A stretch of DNA of 62,632 bases, counting the filler, from Basidioascus undulatus (Eukaryota), in the NCBI GenBank assembly GCA_000826855.1. It is 9 parts of 9 records of this genome, joined end to end, with 100 filler letters (N's around TTAATTAATTAA, not from the genome) between each part and the next. Parts side by side here need not be neighbours in the genome. Positions count along the whole stretch, not along the records: positions 20,989 to 27,873 come from JTLS01001663.1; positions 27,974 to 34,850 come from JTLS01001664.1; positions 34,951 to 41,818 come from JTLS01001665.1; 6 more parts are not named here. One strand, written 5' to 3'. Below are positions 24,922 to 37,456 of the stretch, one piece after another. Both the position numbers and the translations under genes were made by a program. The first letter of the stretch is position 1. Every line of letters begins with the position of its first letter. A model generated the notes under the pieces. The model was not told the origin of the DNA. It did not search any database and saw only the letters and a program-made list of their open reading frames with translations.

Positions 24922-26683
24922 ATGATTTCCGCTGCGCGCCCCTTGAGCGCGAGTTGCCGGCTTCAGCTTGGTAGGTCCCGCTCAGGCTCGTGCGTTGCTG
25001 ATAAGAGGAAGGCACTGATGACCAGTCTCATCCATCAGTCTCTCCTTCTGTGCAAAGATGCGCCGCGCGGAGCTTTACCACGGCGCGAGCGGGCCACGCT
25101 GCCGGGCGGAGGGCGGCGCAGACGATGGGAGCGGCCGTTGCAGCGGGTGGTGTGGCTTGGGCGGTGTATGCGACGACCGTGAGTCTGTCATTCATGGTCT
25201 GTTGGTTGTGATGGAGGGTCCTGATCAGCATTGGCTACTGCAGCTGCCGGAGAGCTTAGGCTCTATAGCATGCGATCAGAGCAGCGGCGAGACGGTACCT
25301 CTTCCCAATCATCCTTGTCTGAACTGTTGTCATGCTCATTTGGTCTTACCATCTTTCAGGCTAGCTCGCCGTCCTTTACCTCCCGCATTTCCTCCCTCTT
25401 CTCCGGCTCCTCCTCCCCGAAACCCCCTGCTCCCGTCGCAGCAACGCCGAACGCCCCGATCCGCGACCAGATGTCCACGTACATCAAGGACTTGCAGCAG
25501 CGCATCGTGGGCGCGCTGGAAGAGGTCGATGGGCAGAAGTTTAAGCAGGACGTGTGGACCCGCAAGGAGGGCGGCGAGGGCATTTCGTGTGTCCTCCAAG
25601 GTGGGAATGTGATCGAGAAGGCCGGCGTGGGTGTGTCGATCGTTCACGGCAAGCGTGAGTGTCTTCAGTCTTGATTCCAAACATCCAGAGAGACATCTAA
25701 TTGAAAAGCAATTCACAGTCCCTCCTGCGGGCATCAAGCAGATGCGCGCGAACCACAAGGACATCCCGTGGGACCCAGCCTCGCAGGACCACCTGCCCTT
25801 CACCGCCGCCGGCATCTCGCTCATCATCCACCCGCACAACCCCTTCGCACCGACCGTGCACGCCAACTACCGCTATTTCGAGCTGTACGCGGCGGACGCG
25901 ATCCAGGGCGTGTCGCCGCCGATCGCGAGCTGGTTCGGCGGCGGGTCGGACCTCACGCCGTCGTACCTGATCGAGGAGGACGCGGTGCACTTCCACCGCA
26001 CGGTCAAGGCCGCGTGCGACGCGCACGATAAGTCGTTCTACCCGCGCTTCAAGAAGTGGGCCGACAAGTACTTCTTTATCTCCCACCGCGGCGAGGCGCG
26101 CGGCATCGGCGGCGTCTTCTTCGATGACCTCTCCGCTGGCGAGGCCGGCAAGTCGACCGAGGAGCTCTTCGCGTTTGTCAAGGACGCTGGAGACTCGTTC
26201 GTTCAGTCCTACGTTCCGCTGCTCGCGGCGCGTAAGGACACGCCGTTCACGGAGGAGCAGAAGCGCTGGCAGCAGCTCCGTCGGGTGCGCTTGCTTGATG
26301 CCTTGTCTCCTCGGGTTCCGCTGCTGACGGGGATCTTCATCTACTCTGCAGGGACGCTACGTCGAGTTCAACCTGGTCGTACGTCCTGACCACTCTATTC
26401 TTTTTCTGATGTCTGCTCACTTTTGGCCAATCACAGCACGACCGTGGCACTCGTTTCGGGCTGTGCGTCGAAGACCTCCGCCTCTTCTACTCGCTCCCCC
26501 GCTGACTGTTGATTCTTTTCCTCTACTTTCCGCAGCCTCACCCCCGGCGCCCGTATCGAATCGATCCTGATGAGCCTGCCGACGACGGCGCGGTGGGAGT
26601 ACATGAACGAGATGGGCGCGAACGCAGCGACGGAGGAGGGCAAGCTGGTCGAGGTGCTGCGCAACCCTCGCGAATGGGCTTGA
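24922..26683 (+). CDS. HEM13: Coproporphyrinogen III oxidase (oxygen-dependent)
   Basis: [98 protein letters not shown] and NPREWA*. Confidence 0.96.
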
Positions 26684-26889
26684 ATCGTCTTCCTCCTCTT
26701 CTTTTGGGGTCACGGACAGAGATACCTTGCATAAGACACTATGATGAGTGCCTCGTGTCTTGCGCGCGTTGATGGGAGGTGCTCGAACAAGCTCGACGGC
26801 GCACGTGAAGGCGTGACGCCCTCGCACCCTTTCTGCTTTCGCTCGACTGACCAGCCATCGCTCGACGCTGTATGCAGCTTACTCACGCT

Positions 26890-27665
26890 ATGTCCGGGAT
26901 TCCATGGAAAACAGAGCTTCAGCGGGCTCTATCCGCTACCGCGTCCGACCCGAACTCACGTCCGCCTGACCCTCCTCACCGACTGCCGCAGGACCTTGGC
27001 GCCTTGACACTTCCCCGCAGGCTACTTCGCCGTCTCCACACCGGGCCCGCACGTCCGCTTCATGGGCTTCCGGGGGTTCGTCAACGAGCAGTCGCAGGAC
27101 CCCAAGACGCGCGCGGGCGAAGTCGTTATCACGACGACGGACGTTCGGAGCGAGAAAGTGAAGCAGATCCGCTCGGGGTTCGGGGAGCAGGAGGAGATTG
27201 AAGTTGCGTGGTGGATCAGTGGGACTCAGGAGCAGTTCCGGTAAGTACGCGTTGTGCCCATCTCGCGCCATGGAAACCACATGCATTGACATCTATGCGT
27301 TTCGCAGTCTCACAGCCCGCCCGATCCTCATCCGACCCCCACCGCACCCATACCCGCGCCTCTCGTACCTGCCCGACCCCGAGCAGCTGCGCCACAAAGT
27401 GTTTGAGTCGCTGTTCCCCACCTTGCGCGCCGAGCTGGCGCGTCCAGTCGCGCCGGGCACGCCCGTCCCGCAGGGCGTCGATGCGTACGCGGACCCGGCC
27501 GTGCGCGGCGCGGACGACCCGCAGGCGCTCGACCACTTTGCGGTCGTACTGCTGGAGGTGAACGCGGTGGACTGGCTCAGACTGGGAGAAAAACCGGAGC
27601 GACGAATCAAGTTTGTGAGGAAGGCGGAGGAGGCTGTCTGGGAGGGGACGGAGGTCGTGCCTTGA
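26890..27665 (+). CDS. Pyridoxamine 5'-phosphate oxidase-like FMN-binding protein (Alr4036/Pyridox_oxase_2 type)
   Basis: PW..LQRAL, PHVRFMGFRGF, TTTDVRSEKVKQI, EVAWWISGTQEQFR and HFAVVLLEVNAVDWLRL..PERRIKF..W..EVVP*. Confidence 0.8.
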
Positions 27666-27873
27666 CTCAGGTCTTGCAATGGTAGTGAGGCAGTAATGTA
27701 GTGAACGGGATGCACACCAGCGCATGTAAACAAAAATGAAAGTCTCAATAATGCAACATGCGCCTGTACACTATTGCTCGTCCTCAGACTCAAGCTGGTC
27801 CGCCACCTCATCCTCTTCTACCGCTTCTGCTTCGCCCGCCGCCGCCGCCGCAGGCGCTGCCAAGTCAATGTCC

Positions 27874-27973
27874 NNNNNNNNNNNNNNNNNNNNNNNNNNN
27901 NNNNNNNNNNNNNNNNNTTAATTAATTAANNNNNNNNNNNNNNNNNNNNNNNNNNNNNNNNNNNNNNNNNNNN
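27874..27973. other. Artificial contig spacer
   Basis: N44-TTAATTAATTAA-N44. Confidence 0.98.
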
Positions 27974-30900
27974 CGGCGACGGGCTCGGCGGGGGCGGGGA
28001 GGAGGAGGAGGAGGAGCGCGCGCGCCGCGGGCAGGGCGGGCTCACGGGCGCGGGCAGGGGCGTCGTAGAGTGCATTTGGAGGGCTTGGGCAGCGGTGGTG
28101 GGGAGGGTGGAGTGAGGAGAGGGTTGCGGTAGAGAGGCCAGCCAGACTTTCTTGCTTGTATGGGGCCGATGCTTTCTTGTTTCTGCTTCTTGCGTTTCTT
28201 TTTCTTGCTCCTTATTTTCTTCGGCGCACGCTTTTGACCAGTCTTGTATTGCTTAAGTATCTTATGCCCCCGACGTGCACATCGTTGCCGCCGGTTATTA
28301 TTCTTTCTGCGTACCACTTGCTGGCGTTGTTGTCTTCAGCGCGCTTCTCGCTGTCGCGGAAAGGCCTTCCACTTGGACCTCAGTGCCATGTTGCCCTGAA
28401 CTGACTGCTCGACGCCTGATCGCTAATCTTCAACACGCTCTCAAGATGTGCATAGGATGCTTCATGACATGAACTAGACTGCTGTAAAGTTTCGTTAGCG
28501 GTGCGCCGTTCGACGGCAACTGAATCGATTTCGAGTCTCACGAGCCGTCGCGGATTACTGGAGCAGCCGTCTAGCAAGTCGCGTGTCATACTGATAAATA
28601 GGATGTAAAAGAGGGAAGGGGTTCGACTGGCGTAAGATTGGCATCGTGCTGACCGACGTCGACTGTTCCATTCTTCGCTCTCTTGAAGTGGTCGCGAACT
28701 GTGACTCTGGAACGCTGAGACAATTGAAGCCAGTTTTGACCTCAGCTTCCACCGTTCAGTTGCGCAGATCGAGAAGAGCAGCCTCACCGTGGTCCGGCCT
28801 TCAGCGATGATATTGAATGCAGACCGGAAGCAGTACTGCCACAAAAGCCTATCCGCGCTAGTGCACATTTTGCGGCTCTTGAAGTCAACCTACAGAGGTG
28901 TAAAGTCACGGATTCTATGGGCGTGCGCAAAACAGTAGCTACAATCTGAAATGAGCGAGGAAGGAGCAGAACGTTGCGGAAAGACTGACCTTCACCACGC
29001 AGCTGAGCTCTGAGCGGGAACTCCAATTTAAGGACGTATTGCAAGTCCTTGTATAAGAGTTGAAGGTCGCCTTTCTCTGTCAAGAAGATTTGATAACGAA
29101 TCTGCAGGGCGTCCCATAAGGCTCTTGGACACACGCATCTTTCCTGGCTCAATTGCTCACGCACCTGAGGTCGCTCAGCAGCCCAAGCTCCGGGTAATAA
29201 ATGGCACAGGGCCACTCCGCGTTGATGGAAATAGTACGAGCCACTGTTTAAGCCGACTTGCAAACGGCACACGGCTTTCCGCTTGCCCAAGCTCGTACTC
29301 AGTGCGCAAATCAGACAAGTCGCCCGAGAATCGTACCACCGTTTAAGCCGACGTGCAAACTGCACATAGCTTTCTGAGCACAACTTTATCAGAGCAGATC
29401 TATCAATAATTCATCTGGGAAGGTTGGTTCCCAACCAATGCCGCCAGTCTCGCATTCACATCTCACATGGAGCCCAGTTTCGCCGCTACGTCGCTGTCCC
29501 ACTCTCCGTCCCCAGCAGCTCGAGACGTCGCGAAGTCGGACCACACATTCAACTCTCAACTGTCTTTGAGGAAGGGTGATTACTCGGAGAGGGCAATCTC
29601 GAGTCCATCAATGAGGAGGGGTCTAAGCCCAGTCCGCACAACGGCGGAGTGGGTGCGAGCGAGGGAGAGGCCGCAGTCGGAGGAGTTCGACGTTCGATGG
29701 TTCCGGATCCGCCGGAGTCGAAGTAGTAGAGGGGATTTGACTCATAGTCGAGTAGACGCTTGGGCTGCCAGAGGGTTTGGGAACACAAGGGCATGAGACT
29801 GACCCGCGACGGTCCATGTGAGCGGAGGAGCTGACATCCAGGCCATGAAGCGATCGATCTCATCCAAAAAATTGCCCTCTCGGTACCCATAGGAGACACT
29901 TGGCATTTGATATCGCCGCCCCTGAAGTTGTGGGCTCTGTTGCGAAGGATATAGGCGTTGACACTGTGGATTTGGTGAGTCGGGGAGTCATCTATTCTTC
30001 GATCACAATAAGATGGGAGCGCACGCACACAGGAAACCCGAAGTCCGCAAACTCTTTGGTGAGGCGTTCCAGCGAAACGGAAGCCGGAATGTTGGCGAGG
30101 AAGGTCGAGCCCTAGGTCACGTTGATTGAATCGTCAAATAAGCCGTAGATGACCGAGAACGAGGACATGCTGCTGTAATGTAAACGGGTGATGGACAGGG
30201 TTGGATGGGGCTCTGAGAGGCCATGGTGGTGGTCGAGAGCAGGCCGGACGGATGGATCGCCCGAACTTGTTGGGGTTTGGAGTGCTGACACTAAACAATA
30301 GGCCGTCCCTTGCACTGGATTTTTGATGTGATCTATTGTTGTGAAGGATTGATTGCTCCGATATTTTTGGTATAGAAAAGATAGTAATACTACGCATCCA
30401 AAGCCGTTTTCCAACAGTTCTCCCAGCGTACAGGACTGACTTGTGATACAGGATGATGGGGCCCACTGCACCTAGTCATGCAGTTCCAGTCTTCTCTCCT
30501 CGTCCCTAGGGCTAATCTTCCTCAGGTACAAACGCTGCTACAGATTTCCAAAGCGGTGCGTTCATCGGCAAACACACGAAGTTCTGTCCGAGTGTCTCGA
30601 ACAGTTGGGAGTTGCCCCTTGATCGGTTTGGAAAGCCACATGCAATATTACGTAGAAAATAAGCTTGTAACTTGGAACTGCTGTGAATCCTGTACGATTG
30701 TCGCATGATGCGGTCTGAGCTGAAAGATCCCGCAGCATCCTGTTCGTCGCTTGGTGACTCCCTGGACGTGGTCACGATATTTGACTCTGGAACACAGATT
30801 CCATTGAACAATTCGCTGGAGCTAGTAGTAGGGGTTATCTGAGTGGCCACCACGGCTGATCTAGCACTCGGTCGCAGCCACGCATCTGCGTGTTCGTTGG

Positions 30901-31124
30901 CCGAATCTGCGACGGGTCGATATTTTACGGGCAGCTGAGAACCAATGCACCAGATATCCCGGGAGTCAAATTCATAAAATTCAGAGAGCTGTAAGTCTGT
31001 AAGGGCGAAAGAGTAAAAAGGCCCCCGTCCATTCCCAGAACCCCGTTACTCCACCGGACGCGTCCCATCTTCCTCGATCCATCCGAGGTAGTTCCTCTCC
31101 CAACGCTTCCACCTGGCTCTTAGG

Positions 31125-32127
31125 TCACCTCCAAGCTCGAGCTGCCCTCCCCCCAACGCGCTTCCTCCACTTCCCCACCATCTTCCTCACGCTCCCCAGC
31201 TTCTTCCCCTCTCTCTCTTCCGCGGGCGTGATGGGCCTCAGCGGGATGCTCTCTGCCCGCTCCATCTCCACCCCGACCTTCTCCTTTCCAAACATTCCCA
31301 TCCCAGCCCATGACAGGGTTCTCGAGGTGTCACCGACCCTCGGACGCGGGAGCGTCCTGCTCGTATGGGGCGACGACTGCGCGACGAGCGACTGCGCCAC
31401 CAGCTGCGCTTCGGACGTAAGGTCGGGGGAGCCGAGGAGGTCTGCCAAGGGGATGGGGAGGGGTAAGGGAAGAGCGTGAGGTTGGGGGAGGGAGTGGAGA
31501 CCACTGAAAGGTCCGGTGTAAGGGGTGGAGGCGAGGGGGACGGAGATGGATGTTGGGCTGGCGAACAGCGGGCCCCTGCAGACATATCATGACGCACTTT
31601 CAGCTGTTGGCAGTATAGGCTTACCCATGCAAAGCGTACCTCCAGGCCCAATATCTACAACCGAAGCAGCCGCAAGCGCTTGGAGGTCATCCTGTGCTTT
31701 GTTGACGATTGCGAGAGCGTTGCGCATGTCGTGCTGGAGTTGCAGGTTGACCTGGATCCGCCCAGCATTCAGCATTGTGTATCGCCCGTCCCCTCAAAAT
31801 TCATCAAGCCCTGACCTTTAGATCCGAGATAATGCCAGCGAGAGCCTGGAATGAACCCCATCCAAAGGTCAGCTTGTCGACGCCTAAGCGCGGTGCATTT
31901 CAAGCGAGACGCACCTCGCCGTCCGCCGGCTTCGCATAAGCGGAAGGAGCGCGGAACCCGAGGCCGTGCTCAGGGAGGATGCTTCCTCGCTTGAAAGCCT
32001 TGGGCGTTTGAGCGCCCGGAGGGAAGCTGGAGCTCGATGGGAGTGCCGACGGCCCGGCGAAAGTCGCGAAGTGATCCGCGCGCGATGTAGAATGGTTTGA
32101 GCTGTGCGGTTGCTCAGAGATCGACAT
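31125..32127 (-). CDS. Hypothetical multi-exon protein, possibly degenerate
   Basis: Coding-like fragments (MSISEQPH.., LQLQHDMRNALAIVNKAQDDLQAL, KLGSVRKMVGKWRKR) with GTGCGT donors. No recognisable family. Confidence 0.3.
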
Positions 32128-34610
32128 AATAATTGAAAAGTAAAGGTAGGTAGGGAAAATGGCTAGACGTCGGTTCGTGAGCAGCATGGGAAGCAGGTCA
32201 GTCCGACTCGGGGTGCCTGTTGCGAGCAGGTGTTCCTGATCCGCTCACTCCGAAGGGGGCTCAGAACATGTACGGTCGGGACCAGAGCATACGGCAAAGT
32301 TGCAAGCTTCTAGCTAGAAACGGCCTTGAAAAAAAGGTTTATGGAGCCTCAGAGCGGAGATGGTGGTCGCAGGGCAAGGGGCAGTAGCGTGCGAGCGTGC
32401 GAATAGGCTGGGCCGTCGACGCCCATTGAGCGGACTGTGGACACCGTACTTCACTCCCGATAACCAACGAGTTGGCCAGTCTAGGGAGTTATTCCTAAAT
32501 TTGCTTGAATCAACTTCCAGGCTCTTGACACTTCTCCGAAGACCCACGCTATCGCATGTGAGAGGGTTGCTCTGCGACTGCGTTAGCAAGTTGAAGCTAC
32601 CCTGGGTCATGGCCGACGCTCAGTTCAATTCTTTATGCATCAATCACTGTGAATTTGGTAAATATCACCAAATGGCTACTGCCGCACAGACTTGGATTTA
32701 CGGCGTTCCTGCCCACCATTCGACAGTTCTCAGCGTGTCCCGCAGTCCCGCAGTCCCGCCGCATCGCACACCATAGTTGTCCTCCTCTTATAGCTGCCAC
32801 CGGCATGTATGTTAACGCTCATCCTTCCGCTGTAACACCGGCCCTTCTCATAGCATTCTGAGGCGAGAAGGAACAGGAGCGCTCGCAGGCGACAGCTGCG
32901 CCTCCTCGAAGTCCCATAACAACTCCCCAGCACACTTCGTCCAAGAGGGCGAAGATTTACATCGAACAGGACGGTATGTACCGGAAAATTTGCTGAATAA
33001 TACGATGCGCCGCTGGTAGATCAAGAAGAGATCTGGAATGCAGAAGCTCACTAATGGGCTCGGACAGGAGTTTCCATTGGGAGAAGGCAGCTCGGGACTT
33101 TGTCGAGAAGGAGAAGCCTGGCTTTGAGCTGGTTGCTATCCATCCTAGTGCGGTTTCTTACTGCTTCTCGTCCTATCCGGTTACAATTTAAAATTATTCG
33201 TTCTGGTCCGAGCCTATGTCTATGGCCCATCGCGTCTTCCGCTGGACTTGAACGTCTCGAACAGCCGTGAGTGGCAACCCTCATTTCATCTCCAGCTCGA
33301 GAGACGGAAGGGCTGACGATGCTGCAGCAGTTGTGGCAGTGATCGTCCTCAACCCCGAGTACGACTCACCACCGGGCAGGGGGGCCCTGTAAGTGCATTC
33401 CCACCACCCTTGGAACACCATCTCATGCCGGATCCATCTCTCCAGAACTTCGTCGATGTCCCCGACGTCGGCGCGGCGCACCCGCTCGCGCTGAGAACGG
33501 CTCAGCCAACCGCGGGCGTTTCATTATCGTACGCGTTCCCATCCTCCAATAATCCTGCTCTCTGGCACTTCGGAGACTCTGACATTCCCCAACTCTCTCG
33601 TCTGGCGACAGACTGGCCCAACGCACTTCACCAGCGACTACGTGCGCATCCTCGCCGACAGGCTCCCCAAAGCGCCAGAGGGCTTTGAGAACCCGGTGAT
33701 GTTCTCCATTGGCGTTGCGGGGCAGGCGTGAGGGCGGGTGTTGCTTGAATTAGGAAAAAAAGCATTGGAGTGTTTCTTGAGACCACATTATTAATCGAAT
33801 GTCTCGTTGTAGGCTTTTGTGTCGCGGTGGGAGGGATGCGCAGTGGAATCATGCTATGTCACAGGGACATCCGATCAAGCGCACGCTATACTGGAAGCCG
33901 ATGAGCGTAATGGAACAGGGATGAAGAGAGGCCTGTAGCGGCCTGCCTAGAATATCAATCGCATCTTTGCAGCGGCAGTGCGATCACCTTAACCGGTCGA
34001 TGCTGGACCGCTGGATACTTTCGAAGTTTTCACGTCGCCACCTATGTTCCGGAATCACATCGAGCATGCATAGCAAGACTCGGAACCTTCAAGGCATTCT
34101 GCAAGGTGAACCTTTCTTTATAGATGACCGACAGGCCCAGGTGAAGAATCACGTCCTCCCCTCCAGGTTCTTTGTCGCTCGTTCGCGTGGGGGCCTACGC
34201 GTGTGTGTGTATCGTAAACGATGGATCTAATTCATGTCTAACAAAATGAGACACCCCTCACAGCAAAGCCACAATGGGCGATGCTCGTGGATTTCGAAAG
34301 TGCAGACAACCACTTTGATCTGACGCTGTGCGCAGCTGTCACAATTCACAAACCGTGGTCGTTTTGCTGAGACCGTGCCAGGCCGTGTACTATGCGACAG
34401 CAGAGCTACTCAGACACATCGATGGAGAGGCTGACTGATCATCGACGCACACCTAAGAGCTCCTCCCGAGGGCGTTCCCACCTATCGACGAGCACCATGA
34501 CGCAACCCCCCACGCCCATTTGTCCAATTGCGCAACGAAGTGTTCGTAGAGATACATCAAGTACAGATAACGTAGAGAAGACAAAATCATAACCCATCCA
34601 CCAAGGTCCA

Positions 34611-34850
34611 TCACGCAGCGACCGCCTTGCTCCCCGCCGCCGCGCCCGCGACGCCCTTCTTCGGCTTGCTCCGCCCCCACTTGACGCCGACCCTAGATCC
34701 GTCGACCTCCAAGCCTCCAGAGACCGTTATCCCCTCCGCTGCACGCAGCGCGCTCGTCAGTCCCGGCTGTCTTCAAACGGTATCAAGAGGAAGAGAGTGG
34801 GAAGGGAAGGGGGGAGGCTAAAGGGAAGACCGGACCTTGATCTCGTCCGC
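34611..34850 (-). CDS. C-terminal fragment of an RRM protein, resembling splicing factor Slt11/RBM22
   Basis: AEGITVSGGLEVDGSRVGVKWGRSKPKK resembles the final RRM strand of Slt11/Ecm2. Only the end of the gene is present. Confidence 0.4.
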
Positions 34851-34950
34851 NNNNNNNNNNNNNNNNNNNNNNNNNNNNNNNNNNNNNNNNNNNNTTAATT
34901 AATTAANNNNNNNNNNNNNNNNNNNNNNNNNNNNNNNNNNNNNNNNNNNN
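34851..34950. other. Artificial contig spacer
   Basis: N44-TTAATTAATTAA-N44. Confidence 0.98.
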
Positions 34951-35789
34951 AGTGTTTTGTTCGGAAGATGGATCGGAAAAGTGGGGCAGGAAGGGTGGGC
35001 CTATTTGTACCGTAGCCTCCGCGGCCAATTTCTTCGCCGGCGCTCGTCTCGTCTCGCTCCCTGATTTTTGCTGGCATTAAGCAGACGCACAGCCAGGTAC
35101 AAGCGTCATCATCAGCGTGGTGCAACGCCAGAGGAAGGGCTCGCGATCGGCGAGCCATCCGAAAGCGCAATCATGTGCATTCACATGACGGTACTACGGA
35201 TCTAAATTTAGACACTTCTTTTCTCGGCAAGCCCAGCGCATTCGCGACCATCAAACCTTCGAACATGTGGAGTCGGCGTCGACGGCTAAGATATCGGATT
35301 TTCTTGCCTTATGAGCTGGTGGCGTAGATACCAGTGGACGAGATCGAAGGGACGAGCGGTTCCCTGCTTGTGTGCAGGTCTGGCCATGCTCTCCTGCTCG
35401 TTTGATGCTCCAATCAGCATACTCTTCCCCGCAACGCCAAATTTTGTGAGAGGTGTCATTCCGTTATTCATGCTCGCATCCATATGCAGGGCGGGTCAGA
35501 GCGGACAGAGAGATTCGAGAAGCATCTAGACGAAGTCGAGGAGGGAGTCGGGACTGCCGGCTTTGCTCGCCACCCCAGCGTAAGATGTTCATCTGAAAGA
35601 TAAACGAAATGGAAACCATGACACCATCGTGCCGCGCAGTCATCTCATTGCACGCCGTCAACAGGCACTGGACGATGATCTGGATATGGGACATGAAGTG
35701 CACTGGTATTATGAAATCATTACTCTCATAGCCTTAACCCAGCCTCCTTCAACCCCACCGTCCGCAAGACAGCCTTCTCCGTCGGCATC

Positions 35790-37456
35790 TCACAGTTTCC
35801 CCACCCCCTCTCCCCAAACGCTCATCGCCCCGTCCTTAACCATCCGACTCACGTCCTCCTCCCTCACGCCAACCTCCCTCAGCACAGCGAGGCTGTCCTT
35901 TCCCGGCCGCAGCGTGCTGGGGGGCTTTGTCGCGTCGCGCGCGGGGGTACGGCGGAGGTTGGGATGCGGCTGTGGGAGGGAGGAGGGGGCTTCGGGGGGG
36001 TTGAGGACGGGGGCGACGCAGGCGTCCGAGCCTGAAAGAGAGGGAAAAATGTATGAGAAGGGGAAAAAAGAAGGAAGAGGAGAAGGAGAGACGGACCGAG
36101 GAAGATCGACGCCCACACGTCCCGCGTCTTAGTGAGGAACGCCTGCGTGAGATATGCACGCAGGTCTGGCCAGGTCGAGCGGTCATGCTGCGTCTCCGGG
36201 CAAGGTGTGAAGTTGGAGGAGGAGGGCGAGGGGGTGTAGTGCTTGAGCAGCAAGTGCAGGAAAGCGGTGTAGAACTGGGGCTCGAGGCAGGCGCTGGAGG
36301 GCGTTTTGTTGATCAGCGCGCATGGAGGTGGAAGATGAGGGACGGACTGTAAAAGACGCACACCGAGATGAACTGCCCGTCTTTGCATGTGTAGCAGCTG
36401 TAAAACGGGGCGCCGCCGTCGAGGAGCCCGGAGCCGGGCGGGGAGGAGAAGGCGAGGGAGTCGCCTGCGAGGCGGAGGAGTAGGGGGAAGGTGGAGAGGT
36501 AGCGGGTTCCGGAGACCTGCAATGCGCTTGGTTAAGGGGACAGGGGCAATGCAGGGAGGAGGAGCGGAGAGACCAACCATGTCGCACTCGACTACCTGCC
36601 CTCGGCCGGAACGCGTGCGCTCGAAAAGGGCGAGAATGATCCCTAGGGCGCACATGAGCCCGCCTGTCCATCCGTTTTTCGTTAAATGAGATGAGCCATA
36701 GACTTTTGAAAGAAGGACGTGCCGCCGCCGAAATCGCCGAGAAGGTTGAGCGGGAAGTTGGGGGGCTTGTTGGGGCCTGGGGAGAGCATCTTCGTAGGAT
36801 TCAAGGTAATTTTTCGTGAGCTTGATTCATGTGAAGTTCATGCAAATGGACCTGGGAAACGACGCACCGAGAGAACGCCTGAGAGGGCGAGGTAGTTAAG
36901 GTCGTGGCCGGCCATGTCCTTATATTCCCCTGCCCTCGTGGACTCCTCCATTCAGATGACCTCGAAAAGTTGCAAGGAGCACAGAAGAAACTCACCAAAT
37001 CTCTGGAACCCTCCCATCCGCGCGTACACCAACCGCGTATTCTCGCCCTTCCCCCCGCCGACCTCCCCAGGCTTCCCTAGAAACACTTCCGGCCCCAGCC
37101 CCAGCCGCTCCAGCACGCCCGGGCGATACGGATCGATGAGAACATCAGCCTCGCGTATGACCCGCTTGAGCGCCTCGAGACCGAGCGGATGCTTAGGCGA
37201 GATGGCCAGCGAGCGCTTGGAGCGCGTGAGGAGGTCCGGCGTGGGTGCCGCGGAGGAAGAGGAGGAAGGCCGGTCGATCCGCGTCACGGTCGCGCCGAAG
37301 TCGGAGAGGACTAGGCCGGCGAAGGGGCCGGGTGCGAGGCCGGCGAACTGCGTGCGAGGATGGGATGAGGAGATGGTGGTGGTGGGAAAACAAGGGGGAA
37401 AGGCGCACCTCGACAACTCGGATGCCGTGAAGCGGCAGCGGGGGCTGGGTGCACAT
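35790..37456 (-). CDS. AMACR: Alpha-methylacyl-CoA racemase / CoA-transferase family III (CaiB/BaiF)
   Basis: [91 protein letters not shown]; ends GKL*. Confidence 0.92.

Noticed and set aside
35286..35483. Possible HNH/transposon remnant ORF
   Set aside because: No convincing catalytic motif or terminal repeats.
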